The notes beneath the pieces were generated by a model. That model made no database searches. It was not told the DNA's origin and saw only the letters and a program-made list of their open reading frames with translations. From Candidatus Iainarchaeum sp. (lineage in GTDB: Archaea; Iainarchaeota; Iainarchaeia; Iainarchaeales; GCA-2688035): DNA of 64,000 nt. A program made the position numbers and the translations under genes. Positions 36,812 to 46,459 of the stretch are shown here, piece after piece (position 1 is the first letter of the stretch; the number at the start of each line of letters is the position of its first letter). The stretch is taken from contig JAFCCO010000004.1 of the NCBI GenBank assembly GCA_017610175.1, forward strand, positions 1 through 64,000, in the 5' to 3' direction.

Positions 36812-37951
36812 ATGAAAAGCCTTGTTTTGTATCCATATCCAATGGAACTTGACGGAGTAAGCATCCAAGGGGCAATGCTCCACCGCGGACTCGTTGAGAA
36901 CGGTGTTGAGTCTCTTGAGTGCGACCGCGAAGCCGACTTTGAAAAGGAATGGGTTTACAAAAGTTTCAAGCCCGACGTCTCAATCGGAATTGGGTACTGG
37001 GGCGACACTCCTACTATTATTGAAAATCCAATGCACCACGGAGTGACACCGGTCCCGTGGCTTAATGCGGACGGTTGGGTTGCAAACTACCACGATGTGC
37101 TTAACGATTTGCCCCTTATTATGGTTACTAGCCACTGGGTGAAGCACACCTACAATCGCGATGGGGTGAGCAACAAAAATCTTGAAGTAATGCCCATCGG
37201 GATTGATATGGATGAAATGAGCCCCCTGCCCAAAGACCATCAAAGCGTCCAACAGATTAGAAAAATGCTTCGCATAAAACCGGAGCAGAAAATGATTCTT
37301 ACAATAGGTGGGGACACAACAAGCAAGGGCTTCCAGGAAGTGCTTCATGCACTGGGCAAAATTGACAAGGAATTTGGCGACTGGGTTTACGTTGGCAAGA
37401 GCTGGGAATGCAGGTCACCCTACTACCATTACAAAGAGGAACTCAAGATCATGCGCGATCTTGGAATTAGGAGAAAGGTTCGTTTCCTTGACGGTCCGAT
37501 GTCAAGAAATATTATGAGGGCGCTGCTTAGCGCGTGCGATATTTACGCCGCCCCAAGCAGAATCGACGGCTTCGGGATGATTCAGGTTGAGGCACAGGCA
37601 TGCGGAACGCCGGTTCTCGGAATTGACAGCATGGGAATCAAAGACACGGTAATTCACAACAAAACAGGATTGCTTGCAAAAGTTGGAGAGGAAACAAAGC
37701 TTACCGAAGAGTGGGCTTACAGATGGCACGGATTCAAAAAGAAGCACAAGATTAAGTTTGACGAACCAAAAACCTTTGCGGTCAAAGCCGATGTGGACGA
37801 TTTATCAAAACACCTGCATAAGATGCTAACCGAAGATGAATTCAGGGCAAAGCTTGGAACACAGGCAAGAGAACACGTTGTCAAAAACTTTGAATACAGG
37901 CATGTTGCAAAGCAAGTTGAAAACCTGATTCAGAAAAAGCTTCATCTTTAG
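36812..37951 (+). CDS. Glycosyltransferase family 4 (GT-B)
   Basis: KG, APSRIDGFGMIQVEAQACGTPV, TGLL. Confidence 0.88.
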   Translation: MKSLVLYPYPMELDGVSIQGAMLHRGLVENGVESLECDREADFEKEWVYKSFKPDVSIGIGYWGDTPTIIENPMHHGVTPVPWLNADGWVANYHDVLNDLPLIMVTSHWVKHTYNRDGVSNKNLEVMPIGIDMDEMSPLPKDHQSVQQIRKMLRIKPEQKMILTIGGDTTSKGFQEVLHALGKIDKEFGDWVYVGKSWECRSPYYHYKEELKIMRDLGIRRKVRFLDGPMSRNIMRALLSACDIYAAPSRIDGFGMIQVEAQACGTPVLGIDSMGIKDTVIHNKTGLLAKVGEETKLTEEWAYRWHGFKKKHKIKFDEPKTFAVKADVDDLSKHLHKMLTEDEFRAKLGTQAREHVVKNFEYRHVAKQVENLIQKKLHL

Positions 37952-39087
37952 AAGAAAGGAACTTTTTTTGTTGCAACACTTTCAGATGCAAGAATAAACG
38001 CACCCGCACTCCAGGCATGGTAACTGCTTCCGCCGGCCTTCCTTGTTCCGGGGTGCACCCATTCATTAAATTCCCACTTGTAATTAACGCCAAGCTTGTT
38101 GCAGCGCAAAAGCTTTTTCAACTCATGCTCTGCCCTTTCAAACCGCTCAGCCTTAACAAGCGCGGTAACATAAAAGCCCCCAACATACGGCCAGATGCCT
38201 CCATTAATATAATAATTTGGCTTTGCCGCAAGGCATTTGCTGAAATAATCCTGCCACTCCTTTGCCCCACGCCTGATTGGGGGATAAATAACGCGAACAG
38301 GATACGGCTTGTCAATCCCCTTTTTGTCAACAAAGTCAAGAATTGATTCTGCTTCCTCTTTGCCCGCAAGGCCTCCGCAAACGGCAAGCATGTTTCCAAG
38401 GGAATCAAACCATTTTTCCTGCTCGGTAATCCCGTCATGCCCCTTCCATCTCCAGGGAAGAAAGTAGCCGAGTTTTTTATCAAACAGGTTCACATGCCTG
38501 TGGTCCCCCATTGCGGCGGACTTCACCTTTTTTGCAAGGGAAGTTTTGTCAAACAATTTCAAAGCAGAGTAATACATTGCAATCGAGTTTACTGTGTGCC
38601 CGTACTTGTGGGGGAAGCAATCCTGCCAGTCACTTGTCGGGTGCTGTTCAGGCAAATAGTCCTCGCCTGTGTCCTGGCAAAGCAGCCAGAAGAACGCTTT
38701 GTCAATCTCCTTTTTTCTTTTTCTAAGAAGCGAACGGTCCTTGTAGGCCAAAGCATATGCCTTCATCCCAAGCAGCCACCAAAGTGTGCTGTCAATTGTT
38801 GCAAAAGTTGACTGCTTTCTTCTCTTGGGGTCCCAGTTGTCAACCGCGTTTGGAATCTGACCAACAGCACTCTGGTTCCTTACAAGTGTTTCAAGAGTTA
38901 TGCTAAACTGGGTCTTGAACTGCTTTTCTGGGTCGGCAACGCTTGCCCCAATCAGGCCAATCATACTGTCCCTGGAAAACACCATATTGTAGCCGCCCCT
39001 GCCGCCACTTGCGTGCATTCCATGCGGGGTGCTGCATTTTTGCAGGGCAATTCTTGCCCTCTTAAGTGCTTCTTCCTGCTGACCCAT
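37948..39087 (-). CDS. Six-hairpin glycosidase, GH100 (alkaline/neutral invertase)-like
   Basis: FSRDS, IDSTLWW, DWQD, YINGGIWP, FNEW, HAWSAG. Confidence 0.75.
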   Translation of the reverse strand: MGQQEEALKRARIALQKCSTPHGMHASGGRGGYNMVFSRDSMIGLIGASVADPEKQFKTQFSITLETLVRNQSAVGQIPNAVDNWDPKRRKQSTFATIDSTLWWLLGMKAYALAYKDRSLLRKRKKEIDKAFFWLLCQDTGEDYLPEQHPTSDWQDCFPHKYGHTVNSIAMYYSALKLFDKTSLAKKVKSAAMGDHRHVNLFDKKLGYFLPWRWKGHDGITEQEKWFDSLGNMLAVCGGLAGKEEAESILDFVDKKGIDKPYPVRVIYPPIRRGAKEWQDYFSKCLAAKPNYYINGGIWPYVGGFYVTALVKAERFERAEHELKKLLRCNKLGVNYKWEFNEWVHPGTRKAGGSSYHAWSAGAFILASESVATKKVPFF

Positions 39088-39114
39088 CAAAAGAATAGAT
39101 GATTTAACTAGTAT

Positions 39115-39696
39115 TTAATTATTCGCAGCTTTGAACTCGTCTTTCAGCATAGAATACAGTTTAAGGTCCTTAAAGCCGCCAAAAGCGGGATTGCATTTCT
39201 TGCGCAATACCCCCTCAAACTTAAAGCCAACCTTTTCAATCACGCGCCTGCTTGAATCGTTTCCAATAACGTGGCTGACCTGGACCCTGTTTAGTTTTAG
39301 CTCGTTGAATGCGTAATCCAGCATTATGCGGACCGCTTCAGGCATTATCCCCCTTCCCCTGTGCGCCTTGCCAAGGTGGTATGCAAGTTCAGCGCAACTG
39401 TTCGGTTTGTCAATTTTGATAAGGCCAATGTTTCCGACGGGCGTAGTCTCCCCCTTTGAAACAATCGCAAGGTCAATGCGCCCGCCTGTTTGCCTCTCTG
39501 CCTCAGATCTGCTTATGAAGTCAACCGCATGCTTCAGATTGTAGGGGTGCGGGATGTGGGTAACTTTTCCTAAATCAATTTCATCACAGCTTGCCCTAAG
39601 GGCTTCTGCATCGCTTGCACTCCAATACCTTAAGAAAATCCCTTTTCCCTCAAGTTCCACCAGCACACCTCTTGTTACTATTTTTATTCGCAACAC
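39115..39696 (-). CDS. GNAT N-acetyltransferase, RimJ/RimL family
   Basis: IPHPY, AELAY, HRGRGIM, N.SSRRVIEKVGF.FEG; start may be 39666. Confidence 0.88.
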   Translation of the reverse strand: MLRIKIVTRGVLVELEGKGIFLRYWSASDAEALRASCDEIDLGKVTHIPHPYNLKHAVDFISRSEAERQTGGRIDLAIVSKGETTPVGNIGLIKIDKPNSCAELAYHLGKAHRGRGIMPEAVRIMLDYAFNELKLNRVQVSHVIGNDSSRRVIEKVGFKFEGVLRKKCNPAFGGFKDLKLYSMLKDEFKAANN

Positions 39697-39797
39697 TTAT
39701 TTTAATATGAAAAGAAACCCTGAAAAGGAGCTTTTGCCGGTTGGAAGTTAAAGGATTTAAAGTAATGCATCCCATAATTTGTTAGCTTTCAAAGCAA

Positions 39798-39835
39798 TTT
39801 TCTTTTGGCAAAGCTTTCCTTTTTCCAAAAGAAAA
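39798..39835. repeat. Perfect 11-bp inverted repeat TTTTCTTTTGG-N16-CCAAAAGAAAA upstream of the tRNA
   Basis: Arms at 39798-39808 and 39825-39835. Confidence 0.7.
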
Positions 39836-39841
39836 GGTTCT

Positions 39842-39916
39842 GGGACGGTAGTATAGCTTGGTCTAGTATTCGGCGTTCGGGGCGCCGTGACGGGGGTTCA
39901 AATCCTCCCCGTCCCA
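39842..39916 (+). tRNA. tRNA-Pro(CGG), intronless, CCA not encoded
   Basis: Acceptor GGGACGG/CCGTCCC, anticodon arm CGGCG-TTCGGGG-CGCCG, T-arm GGGGG-TTCAAAT-CCTCC. Confidence 0.95.
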
Positions 39917-39993
39917 TTCCCGAGCTTTGGCGAGGAAACACTTTTAAAGTAGTTAGACCTTATTTTGTTAAACAGTTTTTTGGTGGGTTGGGT

Positions 39994-41697
39994 ATGAAAG
40001 GAAAAGACATCCTTAATGAGATTAGTTCCACATCCAGTGGCGAATTTTACACACCTATCCCGGAGGGCTACAAGGCGGGCAAAACCAAATATGTAATTAT
40101 TACCGGCAGTGTCATGTCAGGGGTTGGAAAGGGAACCATTTCAAGCAGCCTGTGCAAGTGCCTGCAGGACCGGGGCCTGAAAGTTGAACCCATCAAGCTT
40201 GAAGCCTACCTAAACGTTGATTCCGGGACATTGAACCCATACAGGCACGGCGAAGTTTTTGTGCTGGATGACGGTTACGAAACAGACCTTGACCTTGGAA
40301 CCTACGAGCGAATGCTTGACAAGAACCTTACAAGAGACCACTTTGTCACATCAGGGCGAATTTACCAGACAATAATTGAGAAAGAGCGTGCAGGCAAGTA
40401 TCTGGGACGCGATGTGCAGTTCATTCCACACGTAACAGGTGAAATCAAAAGCATTGTCAGGAACATGGCAATGAAAAGCAAGGCAGACATCATTTCAATT
40501 GAGATTGGTGGGACAGTCGGCGATTATGAAAATATGTTTGCCCTCGAAGCACTGAGGGAACTGCAGTATGAAGAGGGCAGGGAAAACGTTTGCTTTGTAA
40601 ACATCACTTACATAATGGAACCAAAGAGTTTGGGCGAGCAAAAAAGCAAGGCGGCACAGCTTGGAATAAAGCGCCTGATTGCAATGGGAATTCAGCCGGA
40701 CATTATTGTCTGCAGAAGCCAGTCAAAACTCAAACAAAACATTCGCGAAAAAATCAGTCTCAACACAAACGTCCCGCTTGACCGCGTAATCGGAGTGCAC
40801 AACGTTGAAAACATTTACTCACTGCCCTTAACACTGCGCGAAAGCGGCTTTGACCAGAGAATTCTTGAAATATTTGAAATGGACAAGAAATTCAAGGCAA
40901 ACGGAAACTCCGGATTAAAGGAATGGGTTAAGAACACAAGTGTGACAAGCTCAAAGGACCCGATTGTTGTCGGGATTGCCGGAAAATACACCGAGGGCGG
41001 AGACGCCTACATCAGCATTCTTAAGGCACTTGAGCACTGCAGTTTTGCACTAAACCACCGTGTTGAAGTCAAGTGGATTGAGTCCACAAAAATTGAGAAA
41101 GACCAGATAAAAGTTGACGAGGCAATTAAGGGAGTTGATGGGATTATTGTGCCCGGGGGCTTTGGCTCAAGAGGGGTTGAGGGAAAAATAAAGGTCGCAC
41201 AGTACTGCCGCGAAAACAATATTCCATACCTTGGGCTTTGCCTGGGATTCCAAATCGCACTCATTGAATTTGCAAGAAACGTTCTGAAGCTTGAGGACGC
41301 AAACAGCACAGAATTTGAGCCAAAGGCAAAGCACCCGGTTGTAGACCTGCTCCCTGAGCAAATGGACATAGAGGGACTGGGCGGAAACATGCGTTTGGGA
41401 GGCAGAAACGTTGAAGTAAAAGAAGGGACAATTGCCTCAAGAATTTTTAACAAGGCAAAAAGTGTCAGAAGAAGGTTCAGGCACAGGTTTGAATGCAATC
41501 CGGATTACATCAAGCAGTTTGAGGAAAACGGAATCGTGTTCTCGGGAAAGGCTCCAAAGCAACCGATTATGCAGATTTTGGAAGTTCCTTCACTCAAGTT
41601 TTTGATGGCTTCACAGTTCCACCCTGAACTCACCTCAAGGCCGCGCCACCCGGACGAAATGTTCCTCGAATTTGTGAAGAACTGTGCTAAAAAGTAA
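39994..41697 (+). CDS. pyrG: CTP synthase
   Basis: TGSVMSGVGKG, HGEVFV, DLDLG, GGTVGD, VPGGFG, GLCLG, RHRFE, QFHPE. Confidence 0.95.
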   Translation: MKGKDILNEISSTSSGEFYTPIPEGYKAGKTKYVIITGSVMSGVGKGTISSSLCKCLQDRGLKVEPIKLEAYLNVDSGTLNPYRHGEVFVLDDGYETDLDLGTYERMLDKNLTRDHFVTSGRIYQTIIEKERAGKYLGRDVQFIPHVTGEIKSIVRNMAMKSKADIISIEIGGTVGDYENMFALEALRELQYEEGRENVCFVNITYIMEPKSLGEQKSKAAQLGIKRLIAMGIQPDIIVCRSQSKLKQNIREKISLNTNVPLDRVIGVHNVENIYSLPLTLRESGFDQRILEIFEMDKKFKANGNSGLKEWVKNTSVTSSKDPIVVGIAGKYTEGGDAYISILKALEHCSFALNHRVEVKWIESTKIEKDQIKVDEAIKGVDGIIVPGGFGSRGVEGKIKVAQYCRENNIPYLGLCLGFQIALIEFARNVLKLEDANSTEFEPKAKHPVVDLLPEQMDIEGLGGNMRLGGRNVEVKEGTIASRIFNKAKSVRRRFRHRFECNPDYIKQFEENGIVFSGKAPKQPIMQILEVPSLKFLMASQFHPELTSRPRHPDEMFLEFVKNCAKK

Positions 41698-41700
41698 GAA

Positions 41701-41874
41701 TCAGGCCTTTTCTGCCCTTTCAGGAAGCATTATTGGAATTCCATTCTCAACAGGATATGCAAGCCGGCAAACACTGCAAACTATTCTGCTTCCGGCTTGG
41801 TCGTAATCTATTTTCCCCATGCATTTCGGGCATGCAAGAACCTCAAGCAGCTTTTGCGGAATCTCCTCTGACAT
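41701..41874 (-). CDS. trm112: Trm112-family methyltransferase activator
   Basis: LLEVLACPKC..CSVC..YPVENGIPIML. Confidence 0.88.
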   Translation of the reverse strand: MSEEIPQKLLEVLACPKCMGKIDYDQAGSRIVCSVCRLAYPVENGIPIMLPERAEKA

Positions 41875-42003
41875 GAACAAATTGTTGCGCAAAATGTTTA
41901 AAACAAGAAACTGGCTTTTAGGTTTTAGGCTAAGAAAGCCAAAGCGCTTATTAAATATATATTATTCTTTTATTAATAGCCAAAAATAACTAAGGTTTGC
42001 CAA

Positions 42004-43155
42004 ATGACTGTTGAAAAGATTTTTTTAGAGGGAAAGGAAATTGTGCTGGTTGGAACCGCGCACATCAGCCAGAAATCAACCGATTTGGTGAAGGAAACAA
42101 TCAAAAAAGAGCACCCTGACTCGGTCGGGGTGGAACTTGACAACCAGCGCTTTATGCAGTTAAGGTCCGGAAAAAAATGGCTTGAAATGGACATTGCACG
42201 CATTGTAAAGGAGGGCAAAACATATCTTTTCCTCATAAACATTCTTCTTGCAAACATGCAGCGCAAGCTGGGAAAACAGCTTGGAATAAAACCCGGAATG
42301 GAAATGCTTGAAGCAATAAAAATTAGCGGCGAAAATGGAATCAGGGTGGAGCTGCTTGACAGGGATGTAAGAGTAACCCTGAAGCGCGCACTCATACTCA
42401 CAGGGTTTTTTGAAAAGCTGAGGCTTGGGTTGGATGTTCTTTTCTCGCTTTTCCAGCAGCCGGAGCCGCTGACGGAGAAAAGCATTGAGCAACTTAAAGA
42501 CAAGGACACACTTAACGCGCTTATGGCGGAACTGAGCGTAAAAATGCCGTCGGTAAAGCGGGTTTTGGTTGACGAAAGGGACTTGTTTATTGCAACCCGC
42601 ATAATGCAAATGCACGGCAACAAGGTTGTCGCGATTGTGGGAGCAGGCCACATTGAGGGAATTAAAAAAAATTTGGGAAAAAGGGCAGACATGCGTGAGC
42701 TTCTATCAATTCCAAAGAAAAAAAGCTTACTGCGTTTCATAAAGTATTTAGTTCCGATTGCATTGATTGCACTGCTTGGCTACGGGTTTTACACAAAGGG
42801 AGTTGCAGTTACTGCACAACTTATTCTGATGTGGTTCCTGATTAACGGGATTCTTTCGGCACTGGGAGCCTTGCTTGCAAGAGCCCACCCGTTTTCAATT
42901 GCAACGGCTTTCCTTGCGGCGCCGTTTACTTCACTGCATCCTGCGTTTGCAGCCGGATGGTTTGCGGCGGCAGTTGAGGCAAAAATGCGGTGCCCAAAGG
43001 TAAAGGATTTCCAGGGCCTGCAGAACCTTGAGTCTTACTCAGATTTTTCAAATAACCGCGTTACACGCGTGCTTCTTGTGGCAGCGTATTCAAATCTGGG
43101 CAGCACCATTGGAACAATTGTGGCTTTGCCCTACATTCTTTCACTGCTGGGCTAA
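42004..43155 (+). CDS. TraB/PrgY (pheromone shutdown)-family protein
   Basis: VGTAHIS, VELD, PGMEM, LDRD, DERD, VGAGH, TM C-terminus. Confidence 0.9.
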   Translation: MTVEKIFLEGKEIVLVGTAHISQKSTDLVKETIKKEHPDSVGVELDNQRFMQLRSGKKWLEMDIARIVKEGKTYLFLINILLANMQRKLGKQLGIKPGMEMLEAIKISGENGIRVELLDRDVRVTLKRALILTGFFEKLRLGLDVLFSLFQQPEPLTEKSIEQLKDKDTLNALMAELSVKMPSVKRVLVDERDLFIATRIMQMHGNKVVAIVGAGHIEGIKKNLGKRADMRELLSIPKKKSLLRFIKYLVPIALIALLGYGFYTKGVAVTAQLILMWFLINGILSALGALLARAHPFSIATAFLAAPFTSLHPAFAAGWFAAAVEAKMRCPKVKDFQGLQNLESYSDFSNNRVTRVLLVAAYSNLGSTIGTIVALPYILSLLG

Positions 43156-43479
43156 TTACATTACGCTTGAGCCAACGGCAATGTCCCTGTCAAGGGTTAG
43201 AAGAACAACTCCGTTCTCTGAGTCGGCCGCAAGAAGCATTCCGTTGCTTTCAATTCCCGCAATTTTTGCGGGCTCAAGGTTTGCAACAACCACAATTGTT
43301 TTTCCCACAAGCTCTTCTGCACTGTAGGCAGGCTTTAATCCGGCAACAAGTGTTCTCGGAGTTTCCTCCCCAAGGTCTATTTCAAGCTTCACAAGCTTGT
43401 CTTTTCCCTCAATGTCCTCTGCCTTTGTAATCTTTGCAACTTTAAGTTCTGTTTTTTGGAATTCGTTGAATGAAATCAA
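43156..43479 (-). CDS. Stand-alone tRNA-binding OB-fold protein (MetG C-terminal/Trbp111/CsaA-like)
   Basis: ISFNEF..LKVAKI, DKL, VANLEP, ESNGMLLAA. Confidence 0.88.
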   Translation of the reverse strand: MISFNEFQKTELKVAKITKAEDIEGKDKLVKLEIDLGEETPRTLVAGLKPAYSAEELVGKTIVVVANLEPAKIAGIESNGMLLAADSENGVVLLTLDRDIAVGSSVM

Positions 43480-43491
43480 GTAACCAGCCTC

Positions 43492-43890
43492 CTATTTGAT
43501 TATATCAACTACTTCTGCATCATCATTAAAATCCTTTATTTCCCCGGAACCAATCTCAATTGCCTGGCTCTCATTAACCATGCAGTAAACCGTTTCGTTC
43601 AGCATTACCTTGGGGTCAATAAGCACTTTAACTCCGTAAATGGAGACAGGGGGAAGAAACTCCTTTCTGTAGCCCGTAATCTCAAATGTTTCCTCTTCGT
43701 CCACGGGCTTAACCTTTTCACCGGCTGCGTTTTCAATTTTTGCAAAGTCAAGCGTGCTCGATTTAAGGGAAATTGCAAGAATTTGTGTTTCACCCGCTGC
43801 AAAAAGCCTGCATCTGATGAATATTACTCCTTTGGGAAGCAGAACAATCTTTGCCTTAAGGCCCACCGATTTAATAAAGTCCTCAACCAT
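43492..43890 (-). CDS. Divergent YbaK/EbsC-like aminoacyl-tRNA editing-domain protein
   Basis: ITGY...LPP, VLID pattern; canonical K and GG residues altered. Confidence 0.6.
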   Translation of the reverse strand: MVEDFIKSVGLKAKIVLLPKGVIFIRCRLFAAGETQILAISLKSSTLDFAKIENAAGEKVKPVDEEETFEITGYRKEFLPPVSIYGVKVLIDPKVMLNETVYCMVNESQAIEIGSGEIKDFNDDAEVVDIIK

Positions 43891-43942
43891 AGTAGCAAGA
43901 AATAGGGAAAGGAAATAAATAAAAAAGGAAAAAATACCGGCC

Positions 43943-45103
43943 TTAGAGGCCAGCGTCTTTCTTCAATGCGTCCACTCTGTCGGTCTTTTCCCAGGTGAAT
44001 TCCGGAAGTTCACGCCCAAAGTGCCCGTAATTTGTTGTTTTTCTAAAGATTGGCCTTCGCAGGTCAAGCTCCTCAATTATGTTGCCTGGCTTGAAGTTGA
44101 AGTTCTTCATCACAGCTTTGTGAATCTTGCTTGCGTCAACCTTTGCGGTTCCGTGCAGATCAATGAACACACTTGTGGGGTCTGTTCCGCCGATTGCGTA
44201 ACTCAGCTGAACCTCTGCCCTTGTGGCCAAACCTGCCGCAACAATGTTCTTTGCAACATATCTTGCATAGTATGCGGCTGATCTGTCAACCTTTGAAGGG
44301 TCCTTTCCTGAGAAGGCTCCGCCGCCGTGGTTTCCCACTCCGCCGTATGTGTCCTGGATTATCTTTCTTCCAGTGCATCCTGAGTCGGCAACAGGTCCCC
44401 CAATAACAAACCTTCCGGTGTTGTTGATGTAGTAGTTGGTCTTGTCATCGGTTAGGTCGCCGCAAACCGGTTCAATTACCTTTTCCTTAATGTCTTCCCT
44501 GAGCTTTTCAAGCTCAATGTCCTCATCGTGCTGTGTTGCAAGAACTATGCTGTCAATCCTCACCGGCTTGTCTTTCTCGTATTCAACTGTAACCTGTGTC
44601 TTTCCGTCAGGCCTAAGGTATGAAAGAACATTGTCCTTTCTTGCCCTCATAAGGGTTTCAGCAAGCCTGTGCGCAAGCCTGATTGGTGCAGGCATTAATT
44701 CTTCAGTCTCAGTGCAGGCATAACCGGACATCATTCCCTGGTCTCCCGCTCCAACCTGCTCCTTTGATTCCTTTGTCACACCCATTGAGATGTCAGGGCT
44801 CTGCTCGTGGATTGATGTTAGAACTCCAACGCTCTGGTAGTCAAAACCGTACTCTGGCTTTGAATATCCAACGTCTTTTAGAACATCCCTTACGGTTTTC
44901 TGAATGTCAATATAAGCCTTTGTGGTAATTTCACCGGTCACAACAATGAATCCCATTCCGGCCATTGTTTCACAGGCAACCCTTGCGTAAGGATCTTCGC
45001 CGTAAATTGCGTCAAGCACGGCATCGCTAATCTGGTCACACACCTTATCAGGGTGGCCCTCAGTCATTGCTTCACTTGTAAACATATATTTTCCATTTCT
45101 CAT
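43943..45103 (-). CDS. metK: S-adenosylmethionine synthetase, bacterial/eukaryotic type
   Basis: [32 protein letters not shown]. Confidence 0.95.
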   Translation of the reverse strand: MRNGKYMFTSEAMTEGHPDKVCDQISDAVLDAIYGEDPYARVACETMAGMGFIVVTGEITTKAYIDIQKTVRDVLKDVGYSKPEYGFDYQSVGVLTSIHEQSPDISMGVTKESKEQVGAGDQGMMSGYACTETEELMPAPIRLAHRLAETLMRARKDNVLSYLRPDGKTQVTVEYEKDKPVRIDSIVLATQHDEDIELEKLREDIKEKVIEPVCGDLTDDKTNYYINNTGRFVIGGPVADSGCTGRKIIQDTYGGVGNHGGGAFSGKDPSKVDRSAAYYARYVAKNIVAAGLATRAEVQLSYAIGGTDPTSVFIDLHGTAKVDASKIHKAVMKNFNFKPGNIIEELDLRRPIFRKTTNYGHFGRELPEFTWEKTDRVDALKKDAGL

Positions 45104-45231
45104 CAAATCACTCCATCTATTTAAAACAAACAAAAACTATATCCAAACAAGCCAAGTTAGCTTTAAAACTGAATGTTTTTTGAAAGAATTATTCCGATAA
45201 GAATTTAATTGTTCTTTTGCACAGTCAATGC

Positions 45232-45792
45232 ATGCTTCCAAGCCTTTCAGAGATTAAAGCGCTCAGAAAAAGGCAGAACCTTACACAGTCACAGCTTGCC
45301 TCCTTAAGCAATGTTTCGCAGAGCCTTATTGCAAAGCTTGAGGCAGACAAGATTGTGCCAACCTATGACAAGGCAAAAAGGCTGTTTGATACGCTTGAAC
45401 GGATTCACGAAGAAAGCAGCCTTGCCGCAAAGGACATTATGACCACAAAAGTGCTGTACGCCACAGAGCAGGAAAGCATCAAGTCTGCAGTCAAAAAACT
45501 TGAAAAAAACGCACTTTCACAGCTTCCGGTACTGCATAACGGGCAAAATGTCGGCCTTGTAACCGAACGCGGCCTGCTTGCAAAAATAGGCCGCGGCGGA
45601 GTGGATGTTGACAAATGCATTGTGGAGGATGCAATGGATGACGCATGCCCCACAATTCAGGAAAATACACCCCTAAAAGTTGTTTCACAGCTGCTTGACT
45701 ACAACAATGCTGTGCTGGTTAAAAAGAAGGGCAAAATCAGGGGAATAATCACCAAATCAGACCTCCTTAAAACAATGCTAAAGGCCCGCTAA
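45232..45792 (+). CDS. XRE-HTH plus CBS-pair transcriptional regulator (COG3620-like)
   Basis: LTQSQLA..VSQSLIAKLE; SQLPV; GIITKSD. Confidence 0.9.
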   Translation: MLPSLSEIKALRKRQNLTQSQLASLSNVSQSLIAKLEADKIVPTYDKAKRLFDTLERIHEESSLAAKDIMTTKVLYATEQESIKSAVKKLEKNALSQLPVLHNGQNVGLVTERGLLAKIGRGGVDVDKCIVEDAMDDACPTIQENTPLKVVSQLLDYNNAVLVKKKGKIRGIITKSDLLKTMLKAR

Positions 45793-45912
45793 ATGTCCTG
45801 AAAAGGGCAAAAACCCTATTTAAACGATATCTTTAAATACTTCTACAGGAGGAAGTATATAACAGGGCTTAGTTAACAAGTGAAATACAGGTTGCTCTGG
45901 AGGGGTTATTCA

Positions 45913-46458
45913 GTGACAAAACACAGTCTTGCGATTCTAGCATTGCTATTGATTTGTTCAAATGTCTTGGCAAGCAGCATAGGCGTGCCCGGCACAATCT
46001 ATTTGTATGAGGAAAAAAACTCAACAACAATTACAATTGAAAACAGCGAAAGCTATTCACAAAACTTTGAATTGGAAGCAATCTTTCCAACAGCCATTTC
46101 ACTCAGCAGGGAAAGCGGAACAATTTCCGCAAACCGCGGCACAAGTTTAACAATCACAATCCAGCCCAGAGCAGGCCTCATCGGGCAAACTTATGAGGGG
46201 AAGGTAATTGCAACAATTGGCGAGGAAGAAATTTCAAGGCCTATGAGAATTGTTTTCAGGAAAGCAAAGGCTGCAGACAAAACACCAGCAGACCCTGAGC
46301 CATCCAACAACACAGGTTCGGCAACAACCGGATTCTTTACAGTTGCATCACCAAACGCGGTTTCAGACCTTTTGCTGAACGCGTTCCTTGGGCTTGTTGC
46401 AGCAATTCTTTTGATTGCATTTATTGCAAGGTTTACAAAACGACTGGAGGGCCACTAA
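45913..46458 (+). CDS. Secreted Ig-like protein with C-terminal TM anchor
   Basis: Signal peptide; ATTGFF motif, TM helix and basic tail. Confidence 0.75.
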   Translation: MTKHSLAILALLLICSNVLASSIGVPGTIYLYEEKNSTTITIENSESYSQNFELEAIFPTAISLSRESGTISANRGTSLTITIQPRAGLIGQTYEGKVIATIGEEEISRPMRIVFRKAKAADKTPADPEPSNNTGSATTGFFTVASPNAVSDLLLNAFLGLVAAILLIAFIARFTKRLEGH

Positions 46459-46459
46459 A

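Noticed and set aside
39842-39916. tRNA as integration site of a mobile element
   Set aside because: No integrase and no duplicated tRNA 3' end noticed in the window
39805-39993. ORF-track N-terminal extension of pyrG
   Set aside because: It runs through tRNA-Pro; the plausible start is ATG 39994
42004-43155. Conjugation system suggested by the TraB name
   Set aside because: This is the TraB/PrgY chromosomal family; no relaxase or T4SS genes
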